A stretch of DNA of 64,000 nt from Octopus sinensis. Its lineage: Eukaryota. The translations under genes and the position numbers were made by a program. The notes under the pieces were generated by a model. It was given only the letters and a program-made list of their open reading frames with translations, was not told where the DNA came from and made no database searches. The DNA lies in NCBI RefSeq assembly GCF_006345805.1, contig NC_043001.1, forward strand, positions 83,886,001-83,950,000, read 5' to 3'. Each line of letters opens with the position of its first letter. Within the stretch, counting starts at the first letter, position 1. Shown in pieces: positions 1-11,960 of this stretch.

Positions 1-336
1 GTGTGTGTGTGTGTGTGTAAATGTGTACACATTCAACTTATAATAAAATACAATAAAATACATCTGCAGACACACGCACAATCACACACATCGCTATATG
101 GTAAAAGTCATGCGTATAATCACATGTCAGGTTTCCGATAACCACACGCCAACAAGTGTTAACCAAGCAAGTCAGTGCAATCTGCGTGTGGACGGATCGT
201 CGGTGACTAAGCTACTCACCTACTCAGCAAGTTTATTTGGACGCCTTGTGCAATGATAAACAAGATCTGTCAACGTGTACAGGAGCACGTTAGTCAACAG
301 CCACTCTATACAGTGCATATATTCATTTGTAAGCGT

Positions 337-453
<117 letters not shown>

Positions 454-836
454 TTAAGTGCATTTACATATATATCTAAATCCCCCCTGAGAAAAGGAGA
501 ATCTCATTTTCTCACTTCAAGTGTGGCATGTTTATTTTCTCTGACCATTCTTGCCTCTGATTTTTACTTGCTGCCAGTTTAATGGCTTCAAAGATTTAGA
601 GTTTGAATTTCGTGTCTCCCACAGGTGTCTGCCACAATGAAATTTCATGTGCAGGTGGTAGTGTACATTATATATATATATACACACACGCAGACGCACA
701 CGTTTATTGTGTGAAATACTTGTAAGAAACACAAATGCAAAACTGTCCGTTTGCGGCCATTAAACTAGCAGCAAGCGAAAACAGGAATGAATGGTCAGAG
801 AGAATAAAGAGGATAAACACGGTGCACTTGAAGTGC

Positions 837-876
<40 letters not shown>

Positions 877-921
877 TGTGTGTGTGTGTGGTGTGTGTGT
901 GTGTGCCTGTGCGTGTGTGTG
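837..921. repeat. (TG)n microsatellite
   Basis: Direct reading; source of the spurious THTH/CVCV ORFs. Confidence 0.95.
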
Positions 922-1059
922 TCACTTTTCAACTTTATTTCAAGATTACTTGTCAATAGAGTAAGAGCTGATTTCTAACATAGGATCCAAGGCTCCGTCA
1001 TTGGAATATCAACAACATCAACAAGGTATGTTTGTATGTATGTATGTATATGTGTAGAT

Positions 1060-1372
1060 TTGTGTGTTTTATTTATGTATTCTCATGCATATAGTTGCAT
1101 GTCTAGACATAATCATATATACTTAAATGATAAACTTCTGGAAAGTTTTACAGATTTTACAATTGGCTTGAATCTGTAGTCTTCGAATCAGCTCTCTCCT
1201 TTCTAGTTTCGAAAAGCTTAATTTCTCAAGATTGTTATTTTGGCAGTGTGTTACGTATCCCAATGGCCCAATAATTATAGGTATAAACATGAACTTGTAA
1301 TCTGGATAGAGTAGCTGCAGATTCCTCATTAGGCCAGCGTAGGTATTTTCTTTTTCTCTGATCTTTTTCGCT
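1060..1372 (-). mobile_element. 5'-truncated non-LTR retrotransposon 3' end of the restriction-like-endonuclease type (R4/Dong-like), inside a (CATA)n microsatellite
   Basis: Minus-strand translation AKKIREKENTYAGLMRNLQLLYPDYKFMFIPIIIGPLG...CKICKTF resembles the K..Y..L...L......PIIIGALG C-terminus of REL-type LINEs. ATGT repeats lie on both sides (about 1027-1052 and 1373-1452). Confidence 0.7.
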
Positions 1373-1476
1373 ATGTATGTATGTATGTATGTATGTATGT
1401 ATGTATGTATGTATGTATGTATGTATGTATGTATGTATGTATGTATGTATGTAGGTAGGTAGGTAGGTAGGTAGGT
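1373..1476. repeat. (ATGT)n then (AGGT)n tetranucleotide repeats
   Basis: Direct reading. Confidence 0.95.
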
Positions 1477-1489
1477 ACGTATGTACGTT

Positions 1490-1720
1490 CCTAAGATTTT
1501 CGTTGCGTCTTGCAACCTTTTCAACAGTCAACGACTATTGAAAGGGTTGCAAGACGAAGCGAAAATTTTAGGAAAAATAAATAATTGAATGGAAATATTT
1601 ACCGGTGAGTGTGTAAAATAATAAGGCACTAAAAGAGAATGACTCTCCTTAGACACAACAAAATATGCTTCAACGCACGAACTCACATAAAGAATCTTGT
1701 AAATCAAATCCAAAAGCGAA
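1490..1720. repeat. Fold-back interspersed repeat with a 40-bp-arm hairpin (1490-1572); related copy at 60709-61026
   Basis: cctaagattttcgttgcgtcttgcaaccttttcaacagtc / gactattgaaagggttgcaagacgaagcgaaaattttagg are inverted arms around a 3-nt loop. The downstream ~150 bp aligns by eye to 60851-61010. Confidence 0.8.
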
Positions 1721-2199
1721 ATATATATATATACTTGTGTGTGTGTGTGTGCATATACTTATGTTAATATGTGTGTATACATACAAATATATATTTGCAC
1801 ATATGTATTTATAAACAGATATACATATGCATATGTATACATATATGTACGATGCCGCGAAGCTACACCAAAAAGATCGACACTATGCGACATATCAGCT
1901 ACTAGGATAGACTAAAAGTGTTAAGACTCTACTCCTTAGATCAAAGGTGGGAAAGGTATGTAGCATATTCAGTCCTCGGACTGAAACTTAGAGTATATAT
2001 AAATATATATGAGAGTATTCTAGTTCGCTTGAAGCATTGTGTATTGTCTGTAAAGAATAAAAAGTTTTGAATGGTACAACAATGCACTATAATATAAACA
2101 ATGGGCTATCTACTTGTAATTTTGTCATTCATAGTCTGATAATATTTCGGAATAAAATTCCTTCTTCAGATATTCTTAGATGGAGTCGTTGCTATAAAT

Positions 2200-2227
2200 A
2201 TATATATATATACATATATATATGTAC

Positions 2228-2262
<35 letters not shown>

Positions 2263-2358
2263 TGTATGTATGTATGTATGTATGTATGTATGTATGTATG
2301 TATGTATGTATGTATGTATGTATGTATGTATGTATGTGTGCATGTATGTATACATACT
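2200..2358. repeat. (TA)n/(ATGT)n microsatellite
   Basis: Direct reading. Confidence 0.95.
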
Positions 2359-2829
2359 AGCAGCTAAGTGCGGTTGTTGGAGTGATAACATCCTTAATCA
2401 TTTCTTAATTAACCGAGTCTGGAAGAGCAGAGGGCATGAACAAGTGGAAACTTTAAAATATTGTACCTGAAGTCGGAGCTGAAAGAAAAAGTGGTATGTT
2501 GTTTTTAGTTTCATTCTAATATAAAGTATGCTGCTATAGCTTCTACTCCCCTTATGAAGAAAATGCTAAATGGGATTTCCTATAGTTACTCCTTATAAAA
2601 TAAAAATGTAGCTGGTGCTGGGAAGAGGACGAAGCACTCGTAGATAACGGAAATGTAGCATGTATTTCAGAAATCATAATGTTTATTTACCTTCTCCAAT
2701 TATATTTTTCAACTATATCTGTGCTGACATTTAGCCTTACAGAAATATGAGCTCAATTCGTGGTGGAGAAGAATTATCTGGATGAACTTTACCTTGCCTA
2801 GTTAGTAACATATAGGCAATAGTATTCTG

Positions 2830-3480
2830 TCAGCTCAGAAATAATGATTTCAAATTTTGACACAATGCCAGCAAGACCGGGGAAGGGGATGAGTCAGTTA
2901 CATAGACGCCAGAATTTAAACTGGTACTTATCTTGTCGACCCCAAAAGGATGAAAGGCAAAGTCGACCTCGGTGGAATTTGAACATTTTGCCCGGTGTGC
3001 TAACGATTCTACTAGTTCGCTGCCTTTCGTCAGTTCAGAAATAATCTTTTCTACTCTAGGCAAAAGGCCCGAAATTTTTGGGGAGAGGGTCAGTCGACTA
3101 GATCGGCCCCAGTACGCAACTGGTACTTAATTTGTTGACCCCGAAAGGATGAAAAGCAAAGTCGACCTCGGCGGAATTTGAACTCAGAACGTAAAGCCAG
3201 ACGAAATACCTATTTCTATTTCTTTACTATCCACAAGGGGTTAAACACAGAGGAGACAAACAAGGACAGACAGACGGATTAAGTCGATTATATCAACCTC
3301 AGTGCGTAACTCGTACTTAATTTATCGGCCCCGAAAGGATAAAAGGCAAAGTCAACTTCGGCGGAATTTGAACTCAGAACGTAACGGCAGACGAAATACG
3401 GCTACGCATTTCGGCCGGCGTGCTAACGTTTCTGCCAGCTCGTCGCCTTTTCTACTAGCTCACCGCCTTTCCTTCCAGCT
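2830..3480 (-). mobile_element. Cluster of three tRNA-derived SINE copies with a Nin/Deu-like central domain
   Basis: The minus strand has a tRNA-like head (TGGCAGAAACG A-box, GTTCAAATTC B-box) and the core GCCTTTCATCCTTTCGGGGTCGATAAATTAAGTACCAG. The third copy carries a different 3' tail (...TGTCCTTGTTTGTCTCCTCTGTGTTTAACCCCTTGTGGATAGTAAAGAAA). Confidence 0.8.
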
Positions 3481-3701
3481 CGCCGCCTTTTCAGCTGAGA
3501 AATAATGAAAGATAAATGATGTAGTGGTTTACTGAGGCCTAATTTCCCTCACTAAAAATGAAAATTTATCCTCACTAGCGACAAAGAATTCAGATTCTAT
3601 GCCCATGAAACTCTGGTAATCCAATACACTTGGCCTCTTGTTACTTAGAAATTCTTGCCCTACCAATATTTATGGTTTCTATTAAGCTTGACTTATAAAT
3701 G

Positions 3702-4212
3702 TACCGTAAATCCTGGAGTTTAATCGGCATTTTTTCCCAAAATTTAAAGGCCAAAATCCCTAGTGCGTACTATATACGAGGTTTAAAATGAAAATTATTT
3801 TCTAAGCAATGTCCGAGTTTCTATCTGCTGTTCGGCAATGTTTATTCAGACACATTTTGTGATATCGGGCGCGAAAATACCTTAAGCTAAGCCTGAAAGC
3901 AATGAAGTCATAAAAGAATCATTCATAACTTGTAATAAGCAACATTTATTAAAAATTATTATTATCTTTTTTATTTACTGCAAAAAAAAAGCACAAAAAA
4001 GCCACGTTTGCATTATGTTATATATACAATAATAATAATGGACGTTACCGTATACATTTTTACAAACCAAGGACGTTATATAGACCTCCTTGACTCAAGT
4101 TAGAGAAGGGGTGCGTATTATACACAAGGTTTAGTCTTTTCAGAGGTACAGCCCCCTAAAAATTCCCTGCGTATTGTACTCAAGGGCGGACAATACTCAA
4201 GGATTTACGGCA
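3702..4212. mobile_element. Non-autonomous Tc1/mariner-superfamily (Tc2/pogo-like) MITE
   Basis: Imperfect terminal inverted repeats: left TACCGTAAATCCTGGAGTTTAATCGGC, right (reverse complement) CCGTAAATCCTTGAGTATTGTCCGC. No coding capacity. Confidence 0.6.
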
Positions 4213-4511
4213 CTCCTGTCTGTGGAAGATGAAATTTCAGCATAAACCATTAGGTATACTTTCAGTTAGACATGCACATGAGAGAGCGCTATGGGGGAAA
4301 AAGAAAAGGCCCTTGAAATTTAACTATATTACCAACATGCTGCCCATAGGCACCCTAGCTTTCTTTTAACCTTTCCTGTACTCCGTTCTATCTCACCGTC
4401 ACCCAACAAGAGCATATTGTTTAAATTCAAATTCCAACATTTTTAATAATATTTTTAAGCATTCACTTCTTGTACAATACTTTTATGAGTTCACCTAATT
4501 AAGAAATGTGA

Positions 4512-4827
4512 GGAGGCGCAATGGCCCAGTGGTTAGGGCAGCGGACTCGCGGTCGGAGGATCGTGGTTTCGCCTCCCAGACCGGGCGTTGTGTGTGTTTA
4601 TTAAGCGAAAACACCCAACGCTCCACGAGGCTCCAGCAGGGGTTGGTGGCGACCCCTATTGTACTCTTTCGCTACAACTTTCACTCTCTCTTCCTACCTG
4701 TTTCTTGAGCAACGCTGCGATGGTCTGGCGTCCCGTCCAGCTGGGGGGGGGGAACACATACGCTACAGAAACCGGGAAACCGGGTCCATGAGCCTGGTTA
4801 GGCTTGAAAAGGGCGCATAAAAAAAAA
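4512..4827 (+). mobile_element. tRNA-derived SINE with a V-domain-like core
   Basis: A-box TGGCCCAGTGG, degenerate B-box, core GCGATGGTCTGGCGTCCCGTCCAG and an A-rich tail. Sibling copies at 5446, 8927 and 48442. Confidence 0.8.
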
Positions 4828-5202
4828 TCAAGAAATATTATCATCTTTGCGTTTGCATTTTTGTTGCTAGTCAACTATTTTTACAGGTAAAAAATGATTG
4901 TTAATGAAACAAAGCCCCCAGAATATAATAATTTTTTTTCAAGAAGATTACATTATAGATAAAAAGTAAATTGACAGTTCTAAGGTATCCTTCTTTGTAC
5001 TCAGAATCTACTTACTTGCTGCATTCTGCACATTTTGATGCACTGGAGATAAAACTGTCAGAATGATTTTTCCGTGAAGAGATTTATTGTGCACAATTTG
5101 ATTTTGGTGCGTGATAAAAACAGAATAGGCCCTTGAGAAAGCGAACCGTACAGCATTTGTCGACATTACATACATACATGCATACATACATACATACATA
5201 CA

Positions 5203-5233
<31 letters not shown>

Positions 5234-5445
5234 GCATATTTAGATATGAACCAGACTGAACTGGAAACCACTTGGTTTCAAAGCCAGCTTCTGAACATCA
5301 CAGCCTTGTATGTTCTTATGGAAAAAAAAAAAAAAAACCTACTTATGGTGACAAATGTAAGAAAATTTAAGAATTTTGGTTTATCAAAAATGACGGCTAA
5401 TTGTAGTATTTTATATAGAAATAAAAGCAAAAGATAAAATGCTTG

Positions 5446-5734
5446 TTTGCTCCTTCTCGAGCCACGCCTGTCTCATAAGGGCCGGTTTCCCGGTTTCCTT
5501 GGCCCACATGGACAGGACGCCGGTCCGTCGCAGGTGAGCTGCAGGATGCAGGAGGAAAGAGTGAAAGAAAGTTGTGGCGAAAGAGTTAGCAGAGGTTCGC
5601 CATTACCTTCTGCCGAAGCCGCATGGAGCTTAGGTGTTTCGCTCATAAGCACACACATCACCCGGTCTGCGATTCGAAACCACCGATCCCTCGAAAGCTA
5701 GTCCGCTGCTCTAACCACTAGGCCATGTACCCTC
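5446..5734 (-). mobile_element. tRNA-derived SINE with a V-domain-like core (older copy)
   Basis: Reverse complement aligns with 4512-4827. Confidence 0.75.
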
Positions 5735-5955
5735 ACAAAAGATAAAATACGGATGGTAATTCAAATTAATACACTTGTTAATGTCATTTAGTTACTGTCT
5801 TTTGAGATGTGACATCGATCATCGTTTGTTACTGAAAGGACGCTGGTTTACATACTTCCCTTGTACACTTACACACTTACACACATGTACTCACACACAG
5901 TTGAAACGCTGTTTGAGTTTCCTTTTCAGCGTTGAATATTCACCATCCCACTCCC

Positions 5956-5995
<40 letters not shown>

Positions 5996-6384
5996 TTCAC
6001 ATGCCTCCCTTTTACATACACACGCATATATCCACACAAATTTGAAACGCTGTAGAATTTCCATCATCCCTTCTATTCTTTTTCATCTACCACCCTTTCT
6101 TTTCTCATTCATATGTTGTGACGGAGAAAAAAACATACGAGTATTATTATAGTAGTTGATTACCATGCTCCTATTGTCACTTTGGGAATATTCCTGGTAT
6201 CTTTGTTTCGTATATTATTTTCTGGTTTTCCACGAATTCTCTTTATTGTTTTGCTTCAAAACAGATCGGCAGTATATTTTTCTTTAATTTCTTTTCCTTT
6301 TGATTTGTACACCCAAGTATACATACCTGCGTGTATTTTATTAAAACAATAAAAGGTAAAATAATTATTGGCGGCACTTTGAAA

Positions 6385-6702
6385 TGTACACACACACACA
6401 TGTATTATATATATATGGATATATGTGTGTGTGTATGGATATGTATATGTTTGTGCATATATATATATATATATATGGATATGTATATATACGTATATAT
6501 ATATATATGTGTGTGTGTGTGCATATATGTATATATATATGTGTATATATATGTATGTATATATATATACATATATATATGTACATGTATGTATATATAT
6601 ATATATGTATGTATATATATACATACATGTATATATATACATATATATATGTATATGTATATGTATATATATGTATATAAGCATATATATATAGATGTAT
6701 GC

Positions 6703-6737
<35 letters not shown>

Positions 6738-6808
6738 TGTATGTATGTATATGTATGTATATTATATATATATATATATATATATAGGTGTATGTATGTA
6801 TATGTATG

Positions 6809-6841
<33 letters not shown>

Positions 6842-7150
6842 ATGCAGGGATGGAGCGATACAATTCACGCACATACACACCCACGCTTGTAGATAGATAG
6901 ATTTGCAAGAATACCGTTTAATAGTTTTGGCATAAAGAAACAGAAATGTGCAATTGTATTACATTCTTACATATATACATACATACATTCGTACGTACGT
7001 ACCTACGTACATACATACATACATACATACATACATACATACATACATGCACACACACACATACATACATACATACACCACACATACATACATACACACA
7101 CACACACACACCACACACACCACACACACACACACACACCACACATACGT
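6385..7150. repeat. Compound (TA)n/(TG)n/(CATA)n/(CA)n microsatellite field
   Basis: Direct reading; explains about a dozen low-complexity ORFs in the track. Confidence 0.95.
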
Positions 7151-7317
7151 ACATAAGTACCAAGAAAATTTCGTTAAGATATTTTCTCATTATAAAATAA
7201 TCAAGTGAAATTATAAACCGTAATGAAAGAACCGCCTGCATTTTCCCTAATCTTTCTAAGATTCACACACTTTAAATCCTGCTAGAAAGTCATTAAAAGA
7301 GTTCATTTAGTCCAGCA

Positions 7318-7592
7318 ATCATCATCATCATCATCGCCATTCTTCATCATCATCATCATCATCTTTGTCACCGTCGTAGTCATTTTAAGCACCGTTAGAA
7401 TCATTGCTGCCGCCATCACCACCACTATTCTCCTCCCCCCTCTCCTCCTCCTCCTCTTTCCCCTCCTCCTCCACCGCTATAATCACCGCTATTATCATCA
7501 TCACTATCGCCATCACAGTCATTACCAATGCTGTTGTCTTCATCTTCATGACCACAAACAACCACCACCACCACCACCACCACCACCACCAT

Positions 7593-7684
<92 letters not shown>

Positions 7685-7740
7685 ACATGCTCATCCTCAT
7701 GATCAGCATCACCACAATAACCATACGAGCACCACCGAAC
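7318..7740. repeat. Compound trinucleotide tract (CAT)n-(CTC)n-(CAC)n-(CCG)30
   Basis: Direct reading; the pure CCG run spans 7595-7684. Confidence 0.95.
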
Positions 7741-7781
7741 ACAAGCGTTCAATAAACGAACGGCTGAAGAATGTTCATAAT

Positions 7782-8196
7782 AGGCGTAGGAGTGGCTGTG
7801 TGGTAAGTAGCTTACTTACCAACCACATGGTTCCGGGTTCAGTCCCACTGCGTGGCACCTTAGGCAATTGTCTTCTACTATAGCCTCGGACCGACCAAAG
7901 CCTTGTGAGTGGATTTGGTAGAAGGAAACTGAAAGAAGCCCGTCGTATATATGTATATATTTATGTGGATGTGTGTGTATATGTTTGTGTGTCTGTGTCC
8001 CTCCCCCAACATCGTTTGACAACCGATACTGGTGTGCTTACGTCCCCGTAATTTAACGGTTCGGCAAAAGATAACGATAGAATAAGTACTAGGCTTACAA
8101 AGAATAAGTCCTGGCGTCAATTTGCTCCATCGACTAAAAGCGGTGCTCCAGCATGGTGACAGTCAAATGACTGAAACAAGTAAAAGAGTAAAGAGT
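7782..8196 (+). mobile_element. tRNA-derived CORE-like SINE (OR-type architecture: head, CORE-like segment, internal TA/TG tract, GAGTAAAA tail)
   Basis: Head AGGAGTGGCTGTGTGGTAAG...GGGTTCAGTCC, then GCACCTTAGGCAATTGTCTTCTACTATAGCC, then tail ...GTCAAATGACTGAAACAAGTAAAAGAGTAAAAGAG. Confidence 0.8.
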
Positions 8197-8488
8197 AATG
8201 TGTGTGATATATTCTGGTTATCTCACGGAACAGTTAAAAGTTCGTATTGTTGATGTTAGATAGTAGATAGAGGCAGGCCTTCATAGGTAATATACAAAAC
8301 TAGATGAGAAGAAGGAAGATGTGCAGCTGGTTCCTTACAGCTGTTTCAAGTATAGATGCACAGTTGGTGTAGTTCCTTGTAAGCAATAAGCGTCCCGCAT
8401 GTTAGTAGCAACTTATTCCTGTTTCGAAGGAAAAGTGAGCTAGGATTTGGTGGGGGGAAAATGTACGAACAGTGGTTTATCTCCTTTG

Positions 8489-8880
8489 TCTTTTATTTGT
8501 TTCAGTCATTAGACTGCGGTCATGCTGGGGCACCGCCTTGAAGAATTTATAATTGAATGTATCGACTCCAGTATGTCTTTTAAAGTCTGGTACTTATTCT
8601 ATCGATCTTTTTGCCGAACTGCAAGTTAACGAGGACAAACACACCAACAACTGCTTTCAAGCAGTGGAGGGGGGGCAAATACAGACACACAGACACAAAC
8701 AGACAGACACAAACACGTGTATATATACGACAGGCTTCTTTCAGTTTCCGTCTACCAAATACACTCACACGGCTTTGTTCGGCCCGAGGCTATAGTAGAA
8801 GACACCTGCCCAAGGTGCCACGCAATAGGACTGAACCCAGAACCATGTGGTTGGGAAGCAAACTTCTTACCACACAACCA
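8489..8880 (-). mobile_element. CORE-like SINE
   Basis: Reverse complement of the family at 7782-8196. Confidence 0.8.
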
Positions 8881-8882
8881 TG

Positions 8883-8926
<44 letters not shown>

Positions 8927-8927
<1 letters not shown>

Positions 8928-9220
8928 TTATGCTCCCTTTTCAAGCCTAGGTAGGCTCATGGGCCCGGTTTCCCAGTTTCTGTGGCGTATGTGTCCCCCC
9001 CCCCCAGCTGGACGGGACGCCAGTCCATTGCAGCGTTACTCAAGAAACGGGAAGAGAGTGAGAGAAAGTTGGGGCGAAAGAGTAAAACAGGAGTCGCCCT
9101 CCCCCGCCTGCCGGAGCTTCGTGGAGCTTTTAGGTGTTTTTGCTCAATAAACACACACAACGCCCGATCTAGGAATCGAAACCGCGATCCTCCGACCGCG
9201 AGTCTGCTGCCCTAACCACA
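8927..9220 (-). mobile_element. V-domain-like SINE
   Basis: Reverse complement of the family at 4512. Confidence 0.8.
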
Positions 9221-9429
9221 GAGACATATAAATATATGAATTGTGCGATATATAAGAAAGATGACAAAAGAGTACATGATTATCTTGTGCACTTCATTGG
9301 CTTACAGCTGTTTCTGTTACAAGCTAATGAAGTTCATAAGCTGATAATTTATTCCTTTGTCATTTTCCGTTCTTATTACTGCTCTTCACTCGGCTAATAC
9401 TTCGTTCTAAAACATATGTTCTTCCCCAG

Positions 9430-10864
9430 GTTATTAGTTTCGCAATGACTAAGCGACATAAGTGAGTATAAAGAAAGGCAGAATATTTTTGCTTGTAAGA
9501 GGAAGGTAGATGGAATCTAACATAGAGGACAAGAGGTAGATATATAAAAGATCTAGAGATAGAGAAAGATATGTATAAAGAAGGAGTTAGGGAAGGAGTT
9601 AGTTCAGTGAGAAAGGCTTTGGTCGTCCCGAGGCTATAGTGGTGAAGAGGTGAGCGCTTAGAAACATCAGTTAGCCAGACTAGAGGGATTTGGGGTATCG
9701 TGTTTGGGGGCGGGCACCACAAATGGGGGAGTGGGAATTTTTGTTCTGTGGGGGGCTAATGTGTGTGCGGGTTCGGGGTCGTTTTAAGCAGTTGAAGGGC
9801 CTGGTGTCAGCGCCACTTTTTTCTGCCACTTTTCGCAGTCTACACTAATGTGGCCTTTTTTTTCCCATATTCGTAACACATCGGCTTCTTCCCTTCGACA
9901 TGGATTTTGAGAACAATGTCGTTGCCCAAGAGAACTCTGTCTGGCAGTATTTCGATGTCTTCTTGAGCACCCAGGATAATAGCTGAAATGCTCTGATCGA
10001 GCCAATTATGTGGGGCAGTGCATGTAATTTGAAGGAATTTTATTTTGCCCGTCATGTTATACAACAAGGCGGCCATTACTTTCCATGCCTCTATTTCGGG
10101 TGGTACCTCTGCCACCTTTATGCGGGCAGTTTATCTCCACATATAGGTTCGCAGAAGCACAACCTCCTTCGTTTTCAGGGAGCTCGCTGAGCTTTATCCT
10201 CGGTTCCAAATCTGGTCTCTATTGTGCCATATGTCCGGCCCCTCACTATGTACTTTAAGTCTTTCCATATGGGGTCCAGACATTTTACAATTTTACACTG
10301 TTCGAAGTGTTTGAATTTTCTTGTTGACGGACAATACGTTTTGAAAACGACTGTTCTTTTCAATTCTTCGACGCTGGTGGAGGGGGATATCTTTAAATCC
10401 CCACACCCCTTCTTCATTCTTTCAAAAAGCTCGGAGAGCTTTTCCGTCGGTAACACAACGTTTCTTTACTGGCTCATCCAGTGAACTTTTTCCGTGAATT
10501 ATTTCGACCGACATACTCGGCCGAAATTAATTCTACACACAAAAATAAATAAATTAGAAATCCCGTAAAATGGGAAACATTTTTTCCTCTAAACAGTTCA
10601 AATCCCACCCCCTAGTGGGGTGGGGTGCAACAATAAATCCTACAATGGCTTTGATAAGTTCACTTCTTCCAGAAACAAATAACAACTGCCAAAATGGCTT
10701 TACACAAACAGTTCCTGTTTCCCGGCGCCAGGAAACGGCACAAAAAGTGTTCAAAGTTCAACAACGGTTTACATTTAATAAATCTAACAAAAAACAATCA
10801 AAGCTCCAACAAAACGTCTGACTCAACCGACAAACAAAAACGCGTCTAACAAAGAGACCGGAAG
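9430..10864 (-). mobile_element. Tx1/L1-clade element with 5'UTR plus degraded gag-like ORF1 only; no ORF2 seen
   Basis: The 5'UTR (about 10470-10864) is about 90% similar by eye to 39515-39933. ORF1 pieces include VPPEIEAWKVMAAL and VEGKKPMCYEYGKKKATL (decayed zinc knuckle), homologous to ORF1s at 14883, 33024 and 35400. The 3' end is approximate. Confidence 0.65.
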
Positions 10865-11339
10865 CAGCCACGCCTGCACCTATATATGTATAAAAATTAC
10901 ACATATTTTATGTATATATATATATATATGTATGTATATATATGTGTGCGTGTGTATGTGTTATATGTACATATACATAATCATTTATATGTATATTTGT
11001 ATGTTCCTTTGTGTTTACCTCCTCTGCTTGATAACCAGTGTGGGTTTGTTTACGTCTACGTACCTTAAGGCTTTGGCTAAAGAAGTATAGGTTAAGTATT
11101 AAGCTTTAAAAAATAAGTATTGGGAGCGATTTGTTCCACTAAACTCTTCTTGTGCGGTACTCAAACGTGGCCGCAGTCGAATGATTTAAACAAATAAAAG
11201 ATAAACGATATATATATATTATATATCGTTTATGTACTCTAAGATTTTATAGTTTGCTTGAAGCATTGTCTATGGAATATCCTCGTTACGATATCAGGTC
11301 GCATATATTGTATACTGCTGCTACTACACAAACTAGACT

Positions 11340-11830
11340 GCAGGCTTTCTCTCCCTCCTAAGCAACTATGAGAAATGTATTTCTCCATGCCAACCTGAAA
11401 TGGGGCGAGGGAGGTGTGCTGTCCTACTCAGGAAAAGTTTCAATTTACATGTAAGAATTTTTTGTTGACCTGGAGGGCAGGCTGGTCAATCCTTACGTGA
11501 CGCACGTAAGTGTTAAGACCTTTTAGATTGGTGCCTGTCTATGCTCCTTGTAGAACCGGACAAACTTTTATCGAGGTCTAGAGAATTTTCTAGGAACGTC
11601 ACACACTTTGGTATTTATAGGAGAAAAAGAAATCACAATCAGCGATGCACGCGTAGATTGTGTTTCGAATCCAGATAGGAGAAACTCATGTCTCAGCGAT
11701 CTGATCAGTCGTTTTCAGCTGGCAGATCGATATAGACTAGACTACTCGGACGCTCCAGTGTGGATGTGGCTAATAGCCACGGGTCTTATAGATCTTACTT
11801 TGACAAGATTATAGTTAAGTATAAAGACTT
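11340..11830 (+). pseudogene. Degraded APE endonuclease fragment of a Tx1-like ORF2
   Basis: Broken motifs DLEGRLV, VYAP, DRYRLDY..APVW and SYFDKII; colinear with 25300-25730. Confidence 0.6.
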
Positions 11831-11839
11831 AATTGTCCA

Positions 11840-11960
11840 CAATTTCACCAAGACACCTGATGAAGGCTGGAGGGTATATAAGCCGAAACGTTGTGTTAAC
11901 AACAACCAAGAGTAGGACAAATATCCGTCAATTGTAAATAATGTAAATATTTTACTAATG
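11840..11960 (+). mobile_element. 5'-truncated copy of the hammerhead-containing SINE (see 31715-32178)
   Basis: Aligns with 32080-32178 and ends in a TGTAAATAA-type tail. Confidence 0.75.
11853..11896 (+). ncRNA. Minimal type I hammerhead ribozyme
   Basis: ACAC-CTGATGA-A-GGCT(loop)AGCC-GAAA-CG-TT-GTGT: helix I ACAC/GTGT, intact core, palindromic helix III AACGTT, GUU cleavage triplet. Confidence 0.75.

Noticed and set aside
4512-4590. tRNA genes at SINE heads (also 31860-32020, 48442 and 51340-51395)
   Set aside because: A/B boxes are present but there is no complete cloverleaf, and each continues into a repeated SINE body.
6256-7241. Many overlapping YI/TH/CV-rich ORFs (also near 700-960, 2067-2470, 44241-44678, 48248-50694)
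   Set aside because: These are translations of microsatellites with no coding signal.
7404-7883. Poly-His/poly-Arg/poly-Ala/poly-Gly ORFs suggesting a transcription factor
   Set aside because: They come from a trinucleotide repeat field running into a SINE; no domain or splice context.
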